Part shown: in pieces, positions 14,001 to 28,004 of the stretch
Layout of the letters: each line of letters begins with the position of its first letter
Numbering within the stretch: position 1 is the stretch's first letter
Assembly (NCBI RefSeq): GCF_001194135.2
Contig: NC_068992.1
Coordinates: forward strand, 51,956,716-52,020,715
DNA from: Octopus bimaculoides
Taxonomy: Eukaryota
DNA: 64,000 nt
Reading direction: 5' to 3'
Translations under genes and position numbers: made by a program
Notes under the pieces: model-generated
What the model saw: the letters and a program-made list of their open reading frames with translations, nothing else
Database searches by the model: none
What the model was told of the DNA's origin: nothing

Positions 14001-14456
14001 AGAATTCCCCTTAAAAACATACAAAAGGGTTCTAATCAAACAACTTGAAATACATTTCTAAAACTTCTGTTGAGAAGGTGGTATGCTCCTTCAAAAAAAG
14101 CTATAAGGAGCCATAAAATCTCCTTTTATAAGGGAGTAGATGTTCGGAAGGACCATGGACAGAAATCTTTAAATCCTAATTAGTGTTTATAATTGAGGCA
14201 CAGTGTGGTAGGAAGTTCTATGTAAACATCTACTACAGTATTTGAACTGTACCATATTTTATGGACCTCCAAACTAAAGTTGTTACCGGCTGCATCTGAA
14301 CTCACAAGGCATGTTTTGGTGTGCAAACAACTGCGAGAGGTTGCCTGCAAATATAGTGAAAGGTTTAAAATATCTATATTCTACTTTCCTATTTATCTTT
14401 CTCTATTTCACCCTGTTTCAACCAGTTCATCAATCTCTCTATCACCCTTTCTGCAT

Positions 14457-14496
<40 letters not shown>

Positions 14497-14526
14497 TCAT
14501 CTATCTATCTACCTAGACACACATAT

Positions 14527-14645
14527 ATTCTTTTTCTTGTTTCTGTTATTTGACTGTCGCCATGCTATAGCACCACCTTTAGTCAAACAAATTGACCCCA
14601 GGACTTATTCTTTGAAAGTTTAGTACTTATTCTATCGGTTACTTT
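14527..14645 (-). mobile_element. SINE family A 3' fragment
   Basis: ttgaccccaggacttattctttgaaagtttagtacttattctatcgg matches 39900-39950 and 57285-57325. Confidence 0.8.
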
Positions 14646-16142
14646 TTCCAAAATATATACATAATATATATTTATACATTTTGCATAAATATTCAACCCT
14701 AAGATATGTTCTATATAATACAAAAGCACAAAAAATATTATCAGTGACATCTCCAATCTTCAAAGGACAAAGAAAAGAAGGGGAAGTTAAAGAGGAAGAA
14801 AGACAGGGAGAAATAAAAGGAAAGGAAAAAGATAGGAAAAAAAACAGGAAACAGGAAAAAAGAAATTGTCAAAATATAGATTTTTGCTTTCCTCTAAATT
14901 TCAATCGTATTATCTATGATCGACTGGTCTGTAATTTCTGTATATACATCCGAGGAATGTATTCAGTAGAGTTGTACTTGTTTTTAATGTCTCTGTCATC
15001 CAGTAAAAATAAAAATGTACCAATACTGAAACACACAAAAGTAATAAAATATATAAAATAAAAGGACAAAAGAGAAAACGGCTGTTTAAAAAATTCTTAA
15101 GTTCCTGGTTAACTTAGATCCAGATGATTTAAGTTTAAATTGGTTCTAGGTGACCATTCTGTATCTTCTTTCAAACAGAGTGAGGGTAAAACTGTATGAT
15201 GCAAAGTAACTGTTATTATATACATTATATACATTATAGAAATAAATTATATATTTAAAAAATTATAATTTTTGTAATTTTAAAACTTCCATTATACTTA
15301 TTTGATTAGCAGTTGCAGGGACTTAATTAAATAAACCTACTAATTAAAATAAACAGAAAAAGTTTTTGTGTAGCATTGAATATCTATATGTGTATCTATT
15401 TGTCAAGATGTGTGTGTATGTGTGTATATATATATACATACATACATACACATATATACACACACACATATATACATACACATGCATAAATACATATGAT
15501 TATGCAACAACTGTTCCTGTTATAATTAGAAGATATATTTAATAAAGTACCTGCGACAGTTAATTTAATAAGTATAATTGAGGCTACAAATTACATATTT
15601 TTAAATGTATATTTTATTTCTGGAGCATATAATAAAATAGTTATCACGAGGAATGAAATCTTACCCTCTCTAAATGTGAAAAACAATATAGAATTCTTGT
15701 GGCATGAGCCTTTTCAATCTCCAGTCTTCTTGATCAAAATACCCCCAGAGCTCAAGATTTGCCACAATCATCTTTTCTTCTCTCATAATTTCTGATTCTT
15801 TCTTACAAATGGATTCTTCGTATACTAGTTGACAAATGCATATCACAAAATCATAGGAATTATAAATATGCATAACATACAGAATATAACAATTAATAGA
15901 TACTACATAAATTTTGGGTTGGTGCATAATTATTGCAGCTTTCTTTCAACACAATATATTAGAAGGTTTGGAGGTGATGTACAGGAATTATATATTAGAA
16001 AAAATAATAAGGTACTTAGATGTTTGGATGGTTGTACATTTACAGATTTTTATTAATATGTCACATGTTTTTATAAATTAGCACTTGCATCTATTCTAGT
16101 AGATTCTCCAGATTTAATTTTTCTTGAGAGGATTTGTCTCTT

Positions 16143-16175
<33 letters not shown>

Positions 16176-16213
16176 GTATGTACACACACACACTTATACT
16201 AAATCGAAAAATT

Positions 16214-16876
16214 TCCTGTTTAAAGGAAAAGGGTTCAGCAAATTTTCAAAATTTGAATTTTTCTAAAACAATTTTGTTTTACGAGAAAAGGTTTGATAAA
16301 ATGTTGAGCCTTCAAAAGTAAGGAACCAGAATCGAAAAACAATGAAAAAAGTTTTAATTGGAATTTCTTGCACTTTTTGAAAAAAATAAGTTTCAATAAT
16401 AAACTCTTTTCTTCTTCCTCTTTCTTTTCCTTTTCTCTTCTCCTTTCCACTTTTCAATCCTTTCCCTTCATCTGGGTCATCGTCCTTTTTCCCAGACTTA
16501 TCCCTTTCATGTTTCTCTCTTTCTCTTTCTTTTCCTTTTTGCTTCTTCATTCCATCATTCACCTCCTTCCATCTTCCCTCTTTGAATAGCTCGTTATCCT
16601 TCTAAAAGAAATGATCTAGTTAATCTTCATTCGTTAATAAAAGGGGGATTGAAGTGGTGGTATCCCCCACCATTTTAAAAATAATATTTGTTTGCTAATG
16701 AGATGAGCATTTCAAAAAGTGCCACAAAATGCCAATTAACATTTTTTTAATTTTTTCAATTCTAGTTTCTAACTTTTGATGGCTCAAAATTTTATTAAAC
16801 GTTTTTCTGTGAAACAGTTTTATTTTAGAAAAATTTAAAGTTTGAACATTTTGAACACTTTTTCTGTAAAAAAGGA
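16214..16876. mobile_element. Foldback element with ~165-bp imperfect inverted arms and a CT-rich spacer
   Basis: 16214-16382 aligns to the reverse complement of 16710-16876 (gtttgataaaatgttgagccttcaaaagtaaggaaccagaatcg vs gtttaataaaattttgagccatcaaaagttagaaactagaattg). Confidence 0.8.
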
Positions 16877-18415
16877 TATATATATAAATACACCAGATTA
16901 TTTACTGTATGTTACCTTGCCATTCTCAATATTTGCTTATTCGTGATGAACTCTCTCTTTACCATGCAGTTTATTGAAAAAGGTACCAGTCACAAACTGG
17001 AGAAATACCAAACTACTGATAATGGTTAGATCATTAAGAATCATGGATAGATACCATTGCATTATTTCTTAGCAGATCTTTGCCTTGAAGATATTTTCTG
17101 TGGTACTCTCTGACAAAGTATAACTCTACTGAAAAAAAAAAAATGTAGATGGAGAGGTTGTGTGTTAGAAACAGAGTTTCTCCAAACCTGCGTCTAGGTC
17201 TGAGTACTTGCAACAGAATGAGAAGTGACAATGGCCTAACATCTTTGCCCTTGGTTGATAATGATGTCAGTTATTGCTTCCTCAATAGATACAGGAACCA
17301 TTGTCTATACACCAGCAGGAATAGTTAAACTAATCTTTCTTGACATTTTCCTAGAATAAGAAATCTTAAATTTGTGAATATGTTCACACAGTGGCTAGGG
17401 AGACTCATTCTTATCTAATAAATAATGCCATTTAAAAAAATCAATATGGGTATACGATAGCATTTGGAAATTTCAGAAATAAAATACAAATGGTTCCTTC
17501 TAAAAATATGATACTCTACATTGATCTTTCATTTCAGAGATTAAAAACATTATATTGAAAACTTTGGACTGTGATTATATCTATTAGAGATATGGCAAGG
17601 TGAATTAAGAAGGTATTATATATGCCAACAATACAAGAGATGTATTTTAATTTGTTTATTTTGAAAAAAGAGCAGTGAATATGTTTTCATTATTGATTGG
17701 TCAAATGATATCATATTTCAATAGGCTGCTTTTAATTGGGCAAATAAACAATTACCACATGCAATTAATTGTCTGACAATTAATTCCAAATGTCATTCAT
17801 TCTAAAGTGTAGCAACATTTAACAATGAGATGTAATTTTAACAGAATAATGTAATTTAAATTGCAAAGAAAGAACGCATCCAAATTAAGCTGTTTTCTAT
17901 TAGAATGGAATAAATGTCAAAAACTGATCATTTATGATATTGTTTATGGTTTCCATGCATTTCGAATGTGTAACTGTATTGTGTGTGTGTGTGTGTGTGT
18001 GAATGCACTAAATGATAGTAAGTTAGAGAAATAAATGTGCTGGTATGGACATTGCAAGGCAATGGACTCCTACAAACCGGTCTACAAACAATACATAATT
18101 TCAATTTTTTTGCTTTCAGTGATACAGAAAATTGCAATAGAGAGACATGTAATTTATAATAGTCCACTGCAAGCAATGTTGGAAATTGTACAAACACTGA
18201 ATAGGTTGTGGTCACGGCTGCGTGATTAACAAGCTTACCTTTGGAACCATATGGTTAGTTGGTTCAATCCTCAAGCACGGATGCTGTCAGCTAGCATACT
18301 GTACTATAGCCAGGAGCTGACCAATACTTTATTTGAAAAATTGGTAAACTGAAGCTGAAGAAGCTTGTTGAATACATCCATATATCTGTGCATGTGTTTG
18401 CTTTTGTGTGCCTGA

Positions 18416-18470
<55 letters not shown>

Positions 18471-21123
18471 TGTGTGTGTATTTGTGTGAGTTTGTATTTT
18501 CACATATGTTCATGCGTGTTTGCTGATTGTAAACAAAAGGCTGTTTTATTTCCATGTAACCTAGTCTACACTGTTTCTTGTTCAATAGACAGAGGAATTA
18601 TTTTTGTTTGCTTGGAAACAAGTCAGGGTCAACATCAGAAAAGTCACTTAACCATAGAAATGTCTGCGCCAACATATTCTCATCTGCCCTGTGCCTATAC
18701 AGATAGATGTTTTGTATAGCACATAGAGTATTCTTATTAAGTACATGGAGAATCCATTATCGTTTAAGTCAGCAGTTATAAAATATTGAAGGAAAGCAAA
18801 GGAACGTATGATAATTGTTGTAAGGAGGGTTGAACCAGTGATCCTGTGGTCAATAACCCAACAACTACTGTCTATACTTAAAAAAAAAAAAGAAATGAAT
18901 AATTTAAAATGATCATGAATCACTTAAACAAAATATCCATTTTGATGTCTGTAATTGCATACAGTTTTCCTGGAAGCTATGATTATATCAAACCAGCACC
19001 AAAGTAATTGTTCAGATTACATAGATCAAACATTTGCCAGCTTGTTGGAAAACTACTTAGGAAAAAGTATTAGTTATTATTATTGTTATGTTGTATTTCT
19101 GTTATTGTGGCTTCATCAGAGGGCTCCAGATTTGTGAGAAACATTTTCGAAGTGGTCAGTGTGATAAGACATATAATGATACACCTATATTATCATCTCT
19201 CCTCCAAGCAAACAGATATGGAAATAAAGAACATGTGCTAATTTTGTCCATAAAGAAAAACTTCAGCAGATAATTACCCTTAGTAGACACAGTCATTTCT
19301 CAATTCAGTACCATATACTATAAAAACAATTTCCTTGCTAAAACTTATGCATTACCACAAATTACTAGCAACACACTGCTATTATCATCTCTATATTTAG
19401 GTTTTCAGTTACCTAAATATTTAAATGAAATTACACTTAAGTAACAACTATACTTACAATCAGTTGTAGAAGGGGTATAAAGAATTATTAGTGCTTCAAA
19501 AATAACAAAACTTAGTAGAAAAGTTTCAATGATATATTTATTTCCAAATCTGTTTTCTCTAATCTTAGTGTTCTTCATTTTTATCATCAACATCTGGAAG
19601 AGAGGTAGACAAAGGGAGGAAGAGAAATAAAGAATAGAAAGATATAAAATGAATGAGAGAGAGGAGAGAGATTCAAAAAGTGGGAGGGAAGGAGAAAGGG
19701 TAGAAAATAAGAGAGAGTAAGTTGAACACACTAAGACGTGGGAAACGATGGTAAGTTCAACAGTTGAACGATAATAAATGTTTACCTATTCATACATTAC
19801 CTGCATATGTATTTGCATATATGTGCATTCTCACAATTCTTCTTTACATATGCACATAAAATTGCTTACATAATGGATATTTATATGTACGTCTTCATAT
19901 AGTTCAGTGTGCAAAGATTTGGACAGAGATTTGTAAATCTATTAAGAAATTAAAAGCTTAAAGTAGATTTTTCAAAGTTAAGACTTAACCCTAAATCAAT
20001 CCAAAATGCAATACAGAAGCAGCTGCTCATTTAGACTCCCTAAAGTGAATAAATAAATAAATAAATAAATGAATGAATAAATAAATAAATAAAAACTTCT
20101 TGGTTATTTTACTGAACTTGCTGAGTTCATACAACACTAAAGGTAATCATAATGAAAGAAGATAAATTGAGTTGGGTGATGATATGATGATTAGCAAAGC
20201 ACATGATCAAATGCTATACTAATGATAGTATTAACATTGTATCATGGCAAATATATGTGCTTCATTATGTTGTGAGTTATATTTCAAAGGGTCATGTACA
20301 AAGGGGACAGATAAACAGTTCTGTTCTCGTGTAGTCATGAAGATAACAATACAATGATGATAGGTTTCGTTTTTATGAGTGAAACGCTTATTTTGGTTAT
20401 CCTTTTATTTGTGTATTATATTATTGATTATTGGACAGAAAGGAACGAACTAAATGGCATAAATTGTATGATAAAGAATGGTATTGAGGGCTGTGTTACG
20501 AACAATGATTGAAACCACGTGTGGAAGCGTAGCAAATGATAAGGACTCTACACAAATATGTGAAATGATAAGGAGTTAATATGAACCAAATGATAAGAAA
20601 TTTACTCAAATAAACCAAATTGATAAGAGATATAGCTGCTTCTACATTTTCCCTCTTACATCTGAATTATATATCAAGTTAACTAATGTATATCAATTAC
20701 ATTTATATTACTTAAATGTATTTTAAACTATGCTTACACAAAGATATATTGGTCTTGTTATTTTCAGATTTCTGTTAACATTTTATAAAGAATCACTGAA
20801 ATATATTCCAACCATAATCTTATACCTCTATATATAGCCTACATATGCACATTTCTGTACTTTACTTACAAAACGTCAAATATGTTCAATAAAATAGCAA
20901 GAAAAACCAATTTGAGTAGGTTATTCTTTTTGGTATCATAATTATAATAAAGAGCAGTTCCTCTCTGTCAGGTCAACGTTTAGTTTTCAGCAAACTTATC
21001 ATATCTTACTGCTGTTCTCAATTGTCACTGTGAATAAATATCTGAAAAGTATAAAGATTTAATTTAGGTTAATTTCCACTGTGTATACACACATGCATAC
21101 ACACACACACACATATGCATATA

Positions 21124-21266
21124 CATCATCATCATCATCATCGTTTAACGTCCGCCTTCCATACTAGCATGGGTTGGACGATTTGACTGAGGACTGGTGA
21201 AACCGGATGGCAACACCAGGCTCCAATCTAATTTGGCAGAGTTTCTACAGCTGGATGCCCTTCCTA
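21124..21266 (-). mobile_element. SINE/LINE-tail family D fragment with (GAT)n tail
   Basis: catcatcatcgtttaacgtccgcc...ctggatgcccttccta, nearly identical to 59400-59535. Confidence 0.85.
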
Positions 21267-21436
21267 GGGAAAAGAACCAAGGTTCATGAACTCATCGATG
21301 AAAATCCACTGTCACAGTTTCCCTAAAACTATATATTTATATATATTTTATACTGTGAAACTTAATTTAATTTTAATTTTTAATAAATTGATTTTAATTG
21401 AGTTTTTACCTGTAATTTCAGATTTTATTCCTAATA

Positions 21437-21472
<36 letters not shown>

Positions 21473-21553
21473 ATATTATTGTTTATAATAATATCGGTGG
21501 CTTAGAATATGTAAAGAACCCATAATAGTAACAAATTATCAATTAATAGTTAA

Positions 21554-21919
21554 GGGTACTAACAAGCAGTACCAGCATGCTAAATATAGCAGTCAACATG
21601 ACCAAACCACAAATATTCACTTAAACACAAAGGTGAAAGCAGGCAAAGGAATAAAAATCCTAAGACCTCATACTAATGATGGAAATAATTGAAGATTGAA
21701 AAAGCCAGACATACCAATATCACCATGATTTCGGACTTTGAGAAAAACTCTTAGTTCATCGTCAACCTTTTAATCTTTTTCAATCTTCAATTATTTTCAT
21801 CATTGGTACGGGGTCTTTGGATTCATTTGCCCACTTTCACCTTTGTGTTTAAGAGAAAATCTGTGGTTTGGTCCTTTTGACTGCTATATCTAGCATGCTG
21901 GTACTACTTGTTAGGACCC
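21554..21919. mobile_element. Palindromic MITE with TTAA flanks and GGG...CCC ends (Kolobok/T2-like)
   Basis: Arms 21554-21704 and 21775-21919 are reverse complements (gggtactaacaagcagtaccagcatgctaaatatagcagtcaa vs gggtcctaacaagtagtaccagcatgctagatatagcagtcaa); TTAA at 21550-21553 and 21920-21923. Confidence 0.8.
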
Positions 21920-22194
21920 TTAATTATTAATACATACCTATATAGATATGTGTGTGTGTGTGTATGCATAAACAGTTGCACACACACACACACACATGTA
22001 TACTTGAATAGATCATTATTTTCGTCTATTTTCTTTCATTTGGATATCTGATAAATTATTGGAATAATTCTACCAAATGTCACATAAAATTCTGTGGAGA
22101 ATTCAGACAAATTACAGAATGTTTTTGCAGCTCATTTATAAGTCAATGTATATGATATATGATAGAGATAGGAAGAAAGAGAGAAGGAAACACG

Positions 22195-22200
22195 GAGAGA

Positions 22201-22240
<40 letters not shown>

Positions 22241-22245
22241 GAGAC

Positions 22246-22285
<40 letters not shown>
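22195..22285. repeat. (AG)n/(AGAC)n microsatellite
   Basis: Directly visible. Confidence 0.95.
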
Positions 22286-23325
22286 TACTAAGTAATGACA
22301 GTGGCTTCAAATAAATTGTGGATTCCTCTCTGGATTGTATACTAAATATGGATCCAGAGAAGGTGATTTGCATTAACTCTCATGTACAATAATATGCAAA
22401 ATTTGAGGAAGCTGATGATGGTTGGCACTGGCAGTAATTTTTCCATTGAAGAATTCCTAGAAGATTCCAATAAAGTTATTGTAATAAATCTGAAGCCACC
22501 AAATCTACCACGACTTTATAAAATTGTGATAAACTAAAGTAATATTGGAAAAGTTGATACACACACACGCATGCTCCTCACATGTATTGAATGAAAGCTG
22601 AATATGAAATAAAAATAAAAACAATAAATGATGGTGTGTTTTAATTAAATAACAATACATTTTATTAAATTCACATTATAAATTCTGCTGAATCAATATT
22701 ATTATTATTGTTATTATGCCCTTGTATTTTAGAGCTGAATATTTTACTTGAAAATTAATTAAACACTAGAAATTCCTTGATGCTTTGCGCATAGCCATTA
22801 CCACGATCTAATAATCAGTTGACATTATTATAAATATTTAATAACATTCCTTTCAATGTAAATATTACTGTCTGTGTGTTATAAATTTGAACTGTAGAGA
22901 ATACACAAACTGATAGTGGATATAATAATTTTTGAGTGCTGTCAGTTAAGCTGCTAGTGTTGGAGATGCCAGTTAGAGTGAAATATGCTGTGGTGTGCAG
23001 TATAGTGATAGACTTACAGAACTGAAGATATATGATTAAACACTGGAAAATATCTACAAAAGAAAATGATCACATGAATGATTTAAATTAAGGAAGGTTT
23101 GGTTAAATAAGGGTCAAACTAAAATGTTGGCTAGCTTTTCCTTCCAGGCATAGGTAATTACAAAATGTGGAGATATAGCAAACTAGTGGCTTGGAATGAC
23201 ACAAAGGCATCAAAGTTGGTAGTCATATACAAGGAACAGTATTGTAGTTCGGTTTTTCAACAGAGAATCAACAAATATTTAAAACCATCAAACTCTCTAC
23301 AAATGCATTACGACAACTGTTGATT

Positions 23326-23560
23326 ACTTGGGGCAAACGAATAACTGCAATATTGCCAAAATTTCATTTTAGATTTTAGAATTCTTCTTCGTATTCAGAA
23401 AACGCATAAGCCCCAGAAGTAGTTAACCATCAACAAAGCTCAATTACTATCCCCATTGGAGTACTGCTCCTATATTTGGGATAGTACTGCAATCCCAAAC
23501 AAAAAACCTGGACTACATAGAAATTAGTATTTGGCAACTGATTGCCAATACATAACAAGC
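23326..23560 (+). mobile_element. Decayed CR1/L2-like LINE RT C-terminal fragment
   Basis: TWGKRITAI...KAQLLSPLEYCSYIWDS (PLEYCSYIWD at 23453-23482) resembles LSW..HI..IAK...KAQIRP.LEYCS.IW. Confidence 0.55.
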
Positions 23561-25398
23561 ACAAGCTCACTGATGTTCCTGAAATCTCTTTCTTGTATCT
23601 TTTGATAATTGATAATAGGGTTTCTGATTCTTTGATCTAACTACCTTTGTACATATTTCACTAATGCCTGATCAACATATCAGTCTCTCTCTTCTTACTG
23701 CTATTTTCATTGTATTTCATCTTACAGATTTAGACCAATATTTTTCAGTCTCTGTTCACATTTTCCAGTGGACATCAGCCTACAGATATTTACATGGAAC
23801 ATAATATAAGTTACTTTAATCTCACTAGTCTGTAGATCAAGATAAAGCCGTGGTCCTTACATTTCTTCCTTTAGTTACCTTTTTTAAAAATAATAAATGC
23901 AATTAAGGTAAAATAAAGATTGTTTGATTTGATTTCAGATGCTGATGTATGAGATTGCAGTACAAGTATGATAAAAATTAACACTCTCCAGGTACGAAAA
24001 AATTAATAAGACTTAAGTTGACTGAATTTCAGACAATCTTGGTCAACTTAGAAAAGTTTAATCAACCGACCAGACAGATCTATTATTACAAACTGTTTAA
24101 ACAGTAAACAAATGTGAACAATGTACAGTATATGAGTAAACAAGCTATGTCAAACAATATAACCTACTTGGTAAAGTGTTAAGTGGGTAGAAGTGAAATA
24201 CTGTCAATCCTACAAATTGAACAAAGTAAATATGAAATGTCTGTGAATGAATATTTGAAAAGGCAGCTGGTAATTACAATTCTTCTTGTTTGGCTGAAAT
24301 TAAAAAGGTGAAAGAATGGTAAGTTTATCAAAATTTTCAAAGAATTAATGAATAAGTTCTTGAGACAATTGCAGAAATATGAACCTATTATAGAAAGTAT
24401 TTATGGAAGCGAAATTACAATTAGTACCTCTGTTTTGAAAAGCTTTTTCTTCTCAATTCAGACGATGGGGGAAAAAAAAGAAAACGAAAAGAAAGAAAGT
24501 GATTTCTATGCCATTCAGTAATGCATTTCTGCACGTAAACTTTAGAACAAGAAAAGTATGCATTCTTTAAACCTTTAGTAAGTTTGTTTTACATGAAACG
24601 CTAAAAAAATATTCTTTTTCTGTGTTTGTTTAGAAGTTTAGAAATTTAAAGGTAAACGATTATCAAGAATATGAATGGTGTAATTGCTGTAAAGAACGGG
24701 AGTAATGCATAAATAAACAATTATTTTAGCTTTCGGTACTGAAACCTGAATCTTTTGTACACACATGTGAGTGCACGTATACACACATACATACACATAC
24801 ACTCATACACACGCAGACATACAGACACACATAGACACAGACACACACAATGTGGTAATGCTTCAACAAGTAGAAAAGCACTTGATCAGCTAAGAGAATA
24901 AAGATAATCTTAAAACATTAAGAAAAAACCCAAAACACACAAATTTTGTAAATACAGCTACTCAGGGTTTCCTCATTGAAATAACAATTTATTCCGACAC
25001 TTATCAAGCTGAAAACAAGACCGTTTCTAAGTTGTCTTTTGAGCAGATAACATTTAAACAAGATGCTTAAACACTAGTATCTTGGATTATAAAAAATCAC
25101 ATACACATACATACGCATACATACGCATACATACGCATATAAGACCTATTGGAATTATGCTCACCTTTTCCAATCATGGGCTTTTATAGATGCAGTCATG
25201 AGTATATGATTATGAAATTTGCTTCACAACTGCATATTGTCTTTTGTTGAGTCCAGTTGTGTGGCTAACAGTTGTGTGGCTAACATTTGGTCAAACAACT
25301 CATGACCATTTTGTAAGTATCTCGTAAAAGAGTCTAACTCTGAACAATATCACTTTAATGAAATAAAAGCATTTCAAAAACCCTGTATAGAAACTCGT

Positions 25399-25439
<41 letters not shown>

Positions 25440-25519
25440 CGTCACTAAGCACTAAGCATTTTGCCCAGCAAGCCAACTATTCTGCTCGCTTGCTGCCATC
25501 TTAAACTTATCTCTAATAA

Positions 25520-25730
25520 CCCTTTCTGCTAAAGGCACATGGCCTGAAATTGGTGTGGAGAAGAATCATCAATCACATCGACCCCAGTACATGACGGGTA
25601 CTTAATTCATTGACCCCCAAAAGGATCAGAGGTAAAGTCAACCTTGGCAGAATTTGAACTCAGAACGTACAGACAGATGAAATGTTGTAAAGCATTTTTC
25701 CCATTGGGCTAACAGTTCTGTTAGCTCACT
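25520..25730 (-). mobile_element. SINE family C copy
   Basis: gggtacttaattcattgaccccc...ggtaaagtcaaccttggcagaatttgaactcagaacgt is the reverse complement of the family C core. Confidence 0.8.
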
Positions 25731-25969
25731 GTCACCTTAATCTTATCTTTAATAATGGCAGGAGAATCTCTTACTTCAACTTATTTAATAACAACAGGTC
25801 TCCAACAGATGGCAGCTTCATGGAAAACATTTTATATACTTATAATCCTGAAGTTTTATATATTTATAATCCAGAAATAAGCCTAGCAAAACATTTGATT
25901 TGTACCCCCACCCCCAAGTCATTTGTCTTAAATAGTAAGACAATGTAAATAAGGAATTTCTGGCACTGT

Positions 25970-26290
25970 TTGGTTAAGCCTTTTCCAATAAATGTTAGGA
26001 TAGGGAAATTTTACAAGAGTTATTCCATGAAACTCAGTTACATGCATAGTTCCAACATGAAGCACCATAAACACGACAATCTTTGCTATTCAAGTAGGAA
26101 GATGGACACTCAATTCAAACAAACATCTTATAACCTCAGCTCACCCTTCAGACACAATGTTAGCTAGCTATATTTAGAAACTAAGAGAAATGGAAACATC
26201 ACAAGAACAGATGAGAGATTTAGAAAGATAGAGGCCATATATCAATGGATAAAAGCATTCAGGCTTTGGAAAATATAATACAAAATATTT
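25970..26290 (+). mobile_element. Decayed Penelope-like element (RT thumb/GIY-YIG region)
   Basis: KPFPINVRIGKF, MKLSYMHSSNMK, QFKQTSYNLSSPFRH and LASYI*KLRE...RPYING appear in the order of the Penelope motifs PPFN.NV.TNIGK, VKLSYSCMPN, FK.RY.NH..SFRH, LS.YIW.LK; internal deletions. Confidence 0.65.
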
Positions 26291-27948
26291 TATTTTGATT
26301 AAAATAACCTGGGAATTTACAAAACATATGAAACTAATTATTTAGAAGATGCATGCATCCTTATAAATTTATTCAAACTCAGTAGAAAATACTGCAATTT
26401 CTAAATAGGCCTTTCACGCACTTCCACAATTTCACATCTCGGGTATTACTTTTGTATAAATAACCTCACCAGTTTTTGTATATGTTAATGCATGTTTGTA
26501 TGTATGTGTGTCAGTGTGAATGTATATATTCACATTTTATTAATTTTTGTTTTTTAATATTTGTGTTTTTACGGATACAAATATCCAAAGGATTTCATCT
26601 CACTTTTAAAATACTTGATTTATTTCCTCTTACACATATAATTTTTTTTTTTTTCATTATAACTGGTAAATGCAGGTTTCCCTAAAATTAATCATCTCAT
26701 ATTCTCAGTAGCCATATTGTTTCTCAATCTAATGATTTGCTAATGCAGCCACAGATTTAATTCTTCCTCAGAAAACACAGCATGCATTTGCAAAAAACTG
26801 AAGTTGTCACTGCAGTAGTCTCAGTACTATATAAAGATTGCTAACTTATCTAACTGTTCAATGAATCAACTCCTTTCTACTTGTTGAAAATAAGCCACTC
26901 AAACACACACACACAGATATAGATTGTTTGAAGTGATATACAAATTTTATGTATTAAGTAAAAGGAGGTGTTCAGAATTTTGGATAATTATTTATTTAGT
27001 GTTTTCATCTCCTTTTGAGAGAATCATCATGAATGATTTATTTGCAGAAAATTCATTAACTGGAAAAATCTGTAGTTGGGAAAAGAATGTTCTGGGTCAT
27101 TTTGAATGTGTGTGCGCGTGTGTGTGTGTGTAAGTATGCGTGGGTATGGTGTAGTTTTGGAAGCTTGATTAGAGAGAGAAAAAAGAATAAAAGAAAAGAA
27201 GACAGGAAGAAAGAAGGAAACACCCAAAGATGACCCCAAAATACTGGAAAGCAATGGAACTACATTTCATCAAAACCTTACCTAAACTAAATATATATAT
27301 ATAAAGAAATAATATATATATTTATAAACACATGAGAAATCCTTATTGAATTGTTCTCCTTATTGTTACCAAAACACTGGAAAAATTCACATAAGCAACC
27401 AACTCATAACACAGTCACACTCTGTCACACACGTGCTTAAAAACACACATGCACACACATACATGCATAAAAATGTTCGAAAACAATTTCATTGAGTTTA
27501 TTTTCTGCAGTAGGATAACATAACAACTGAGAAAAAAATACAATGTCTATAAGAAAACTGACCTCTTCGACTGTCATTAGAACCCTTTCTATAGCTGGGT
27601 AGCACGACAACTGAGAAAAAAATTCAATGAAATTTCAATGATCTCAGAAAAAGACTCCTTTCTCTCTTACTTTTTTCTTTCTTTCCTTTTTCATTTTTCT
27701 CTCTCTAACCAACCCTCCAAAAATTTTCCAAATACACACACATATAGATACAAAATGAAAAAGAACATACTCTCCCCAATTCAATGTCAGATGCTTTGAA
27801 GTAGCTCACTTTTTATACAAAAGATATGAATTTTCTGTAAATAATCATTCATGATGACTCACTAAAAGGAGATGATAGTGCTAAATTATCAGAAATTCTG
27901 ACTACCTCATTTCTTTTAATATATGTATTCACACACACACACACCATG

Positions 27949-28004
<56 letters not shown>

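Noticed and set aside
19075-19125. CTGATGA core on the minus strand as a hammerhead
   Set aside because: No stem II pairing before GAAA and no UH cleavage site; CTGATGA at 8886 and 34607 also lack the GAAA arm
19111-19273. Plus-strand ORF GLQICEKHFRSGQCDKTYND...
   Set aside because: Weak acceptor, no donor, no recognisable family
23939-23991. Plus-strand exon candidate tttcag|ATGCTG...CCAG|gtacga
   Set aside because: Stops in all frames and no partner exon found; isolated site pairs arise by chance in AT-rich DNA
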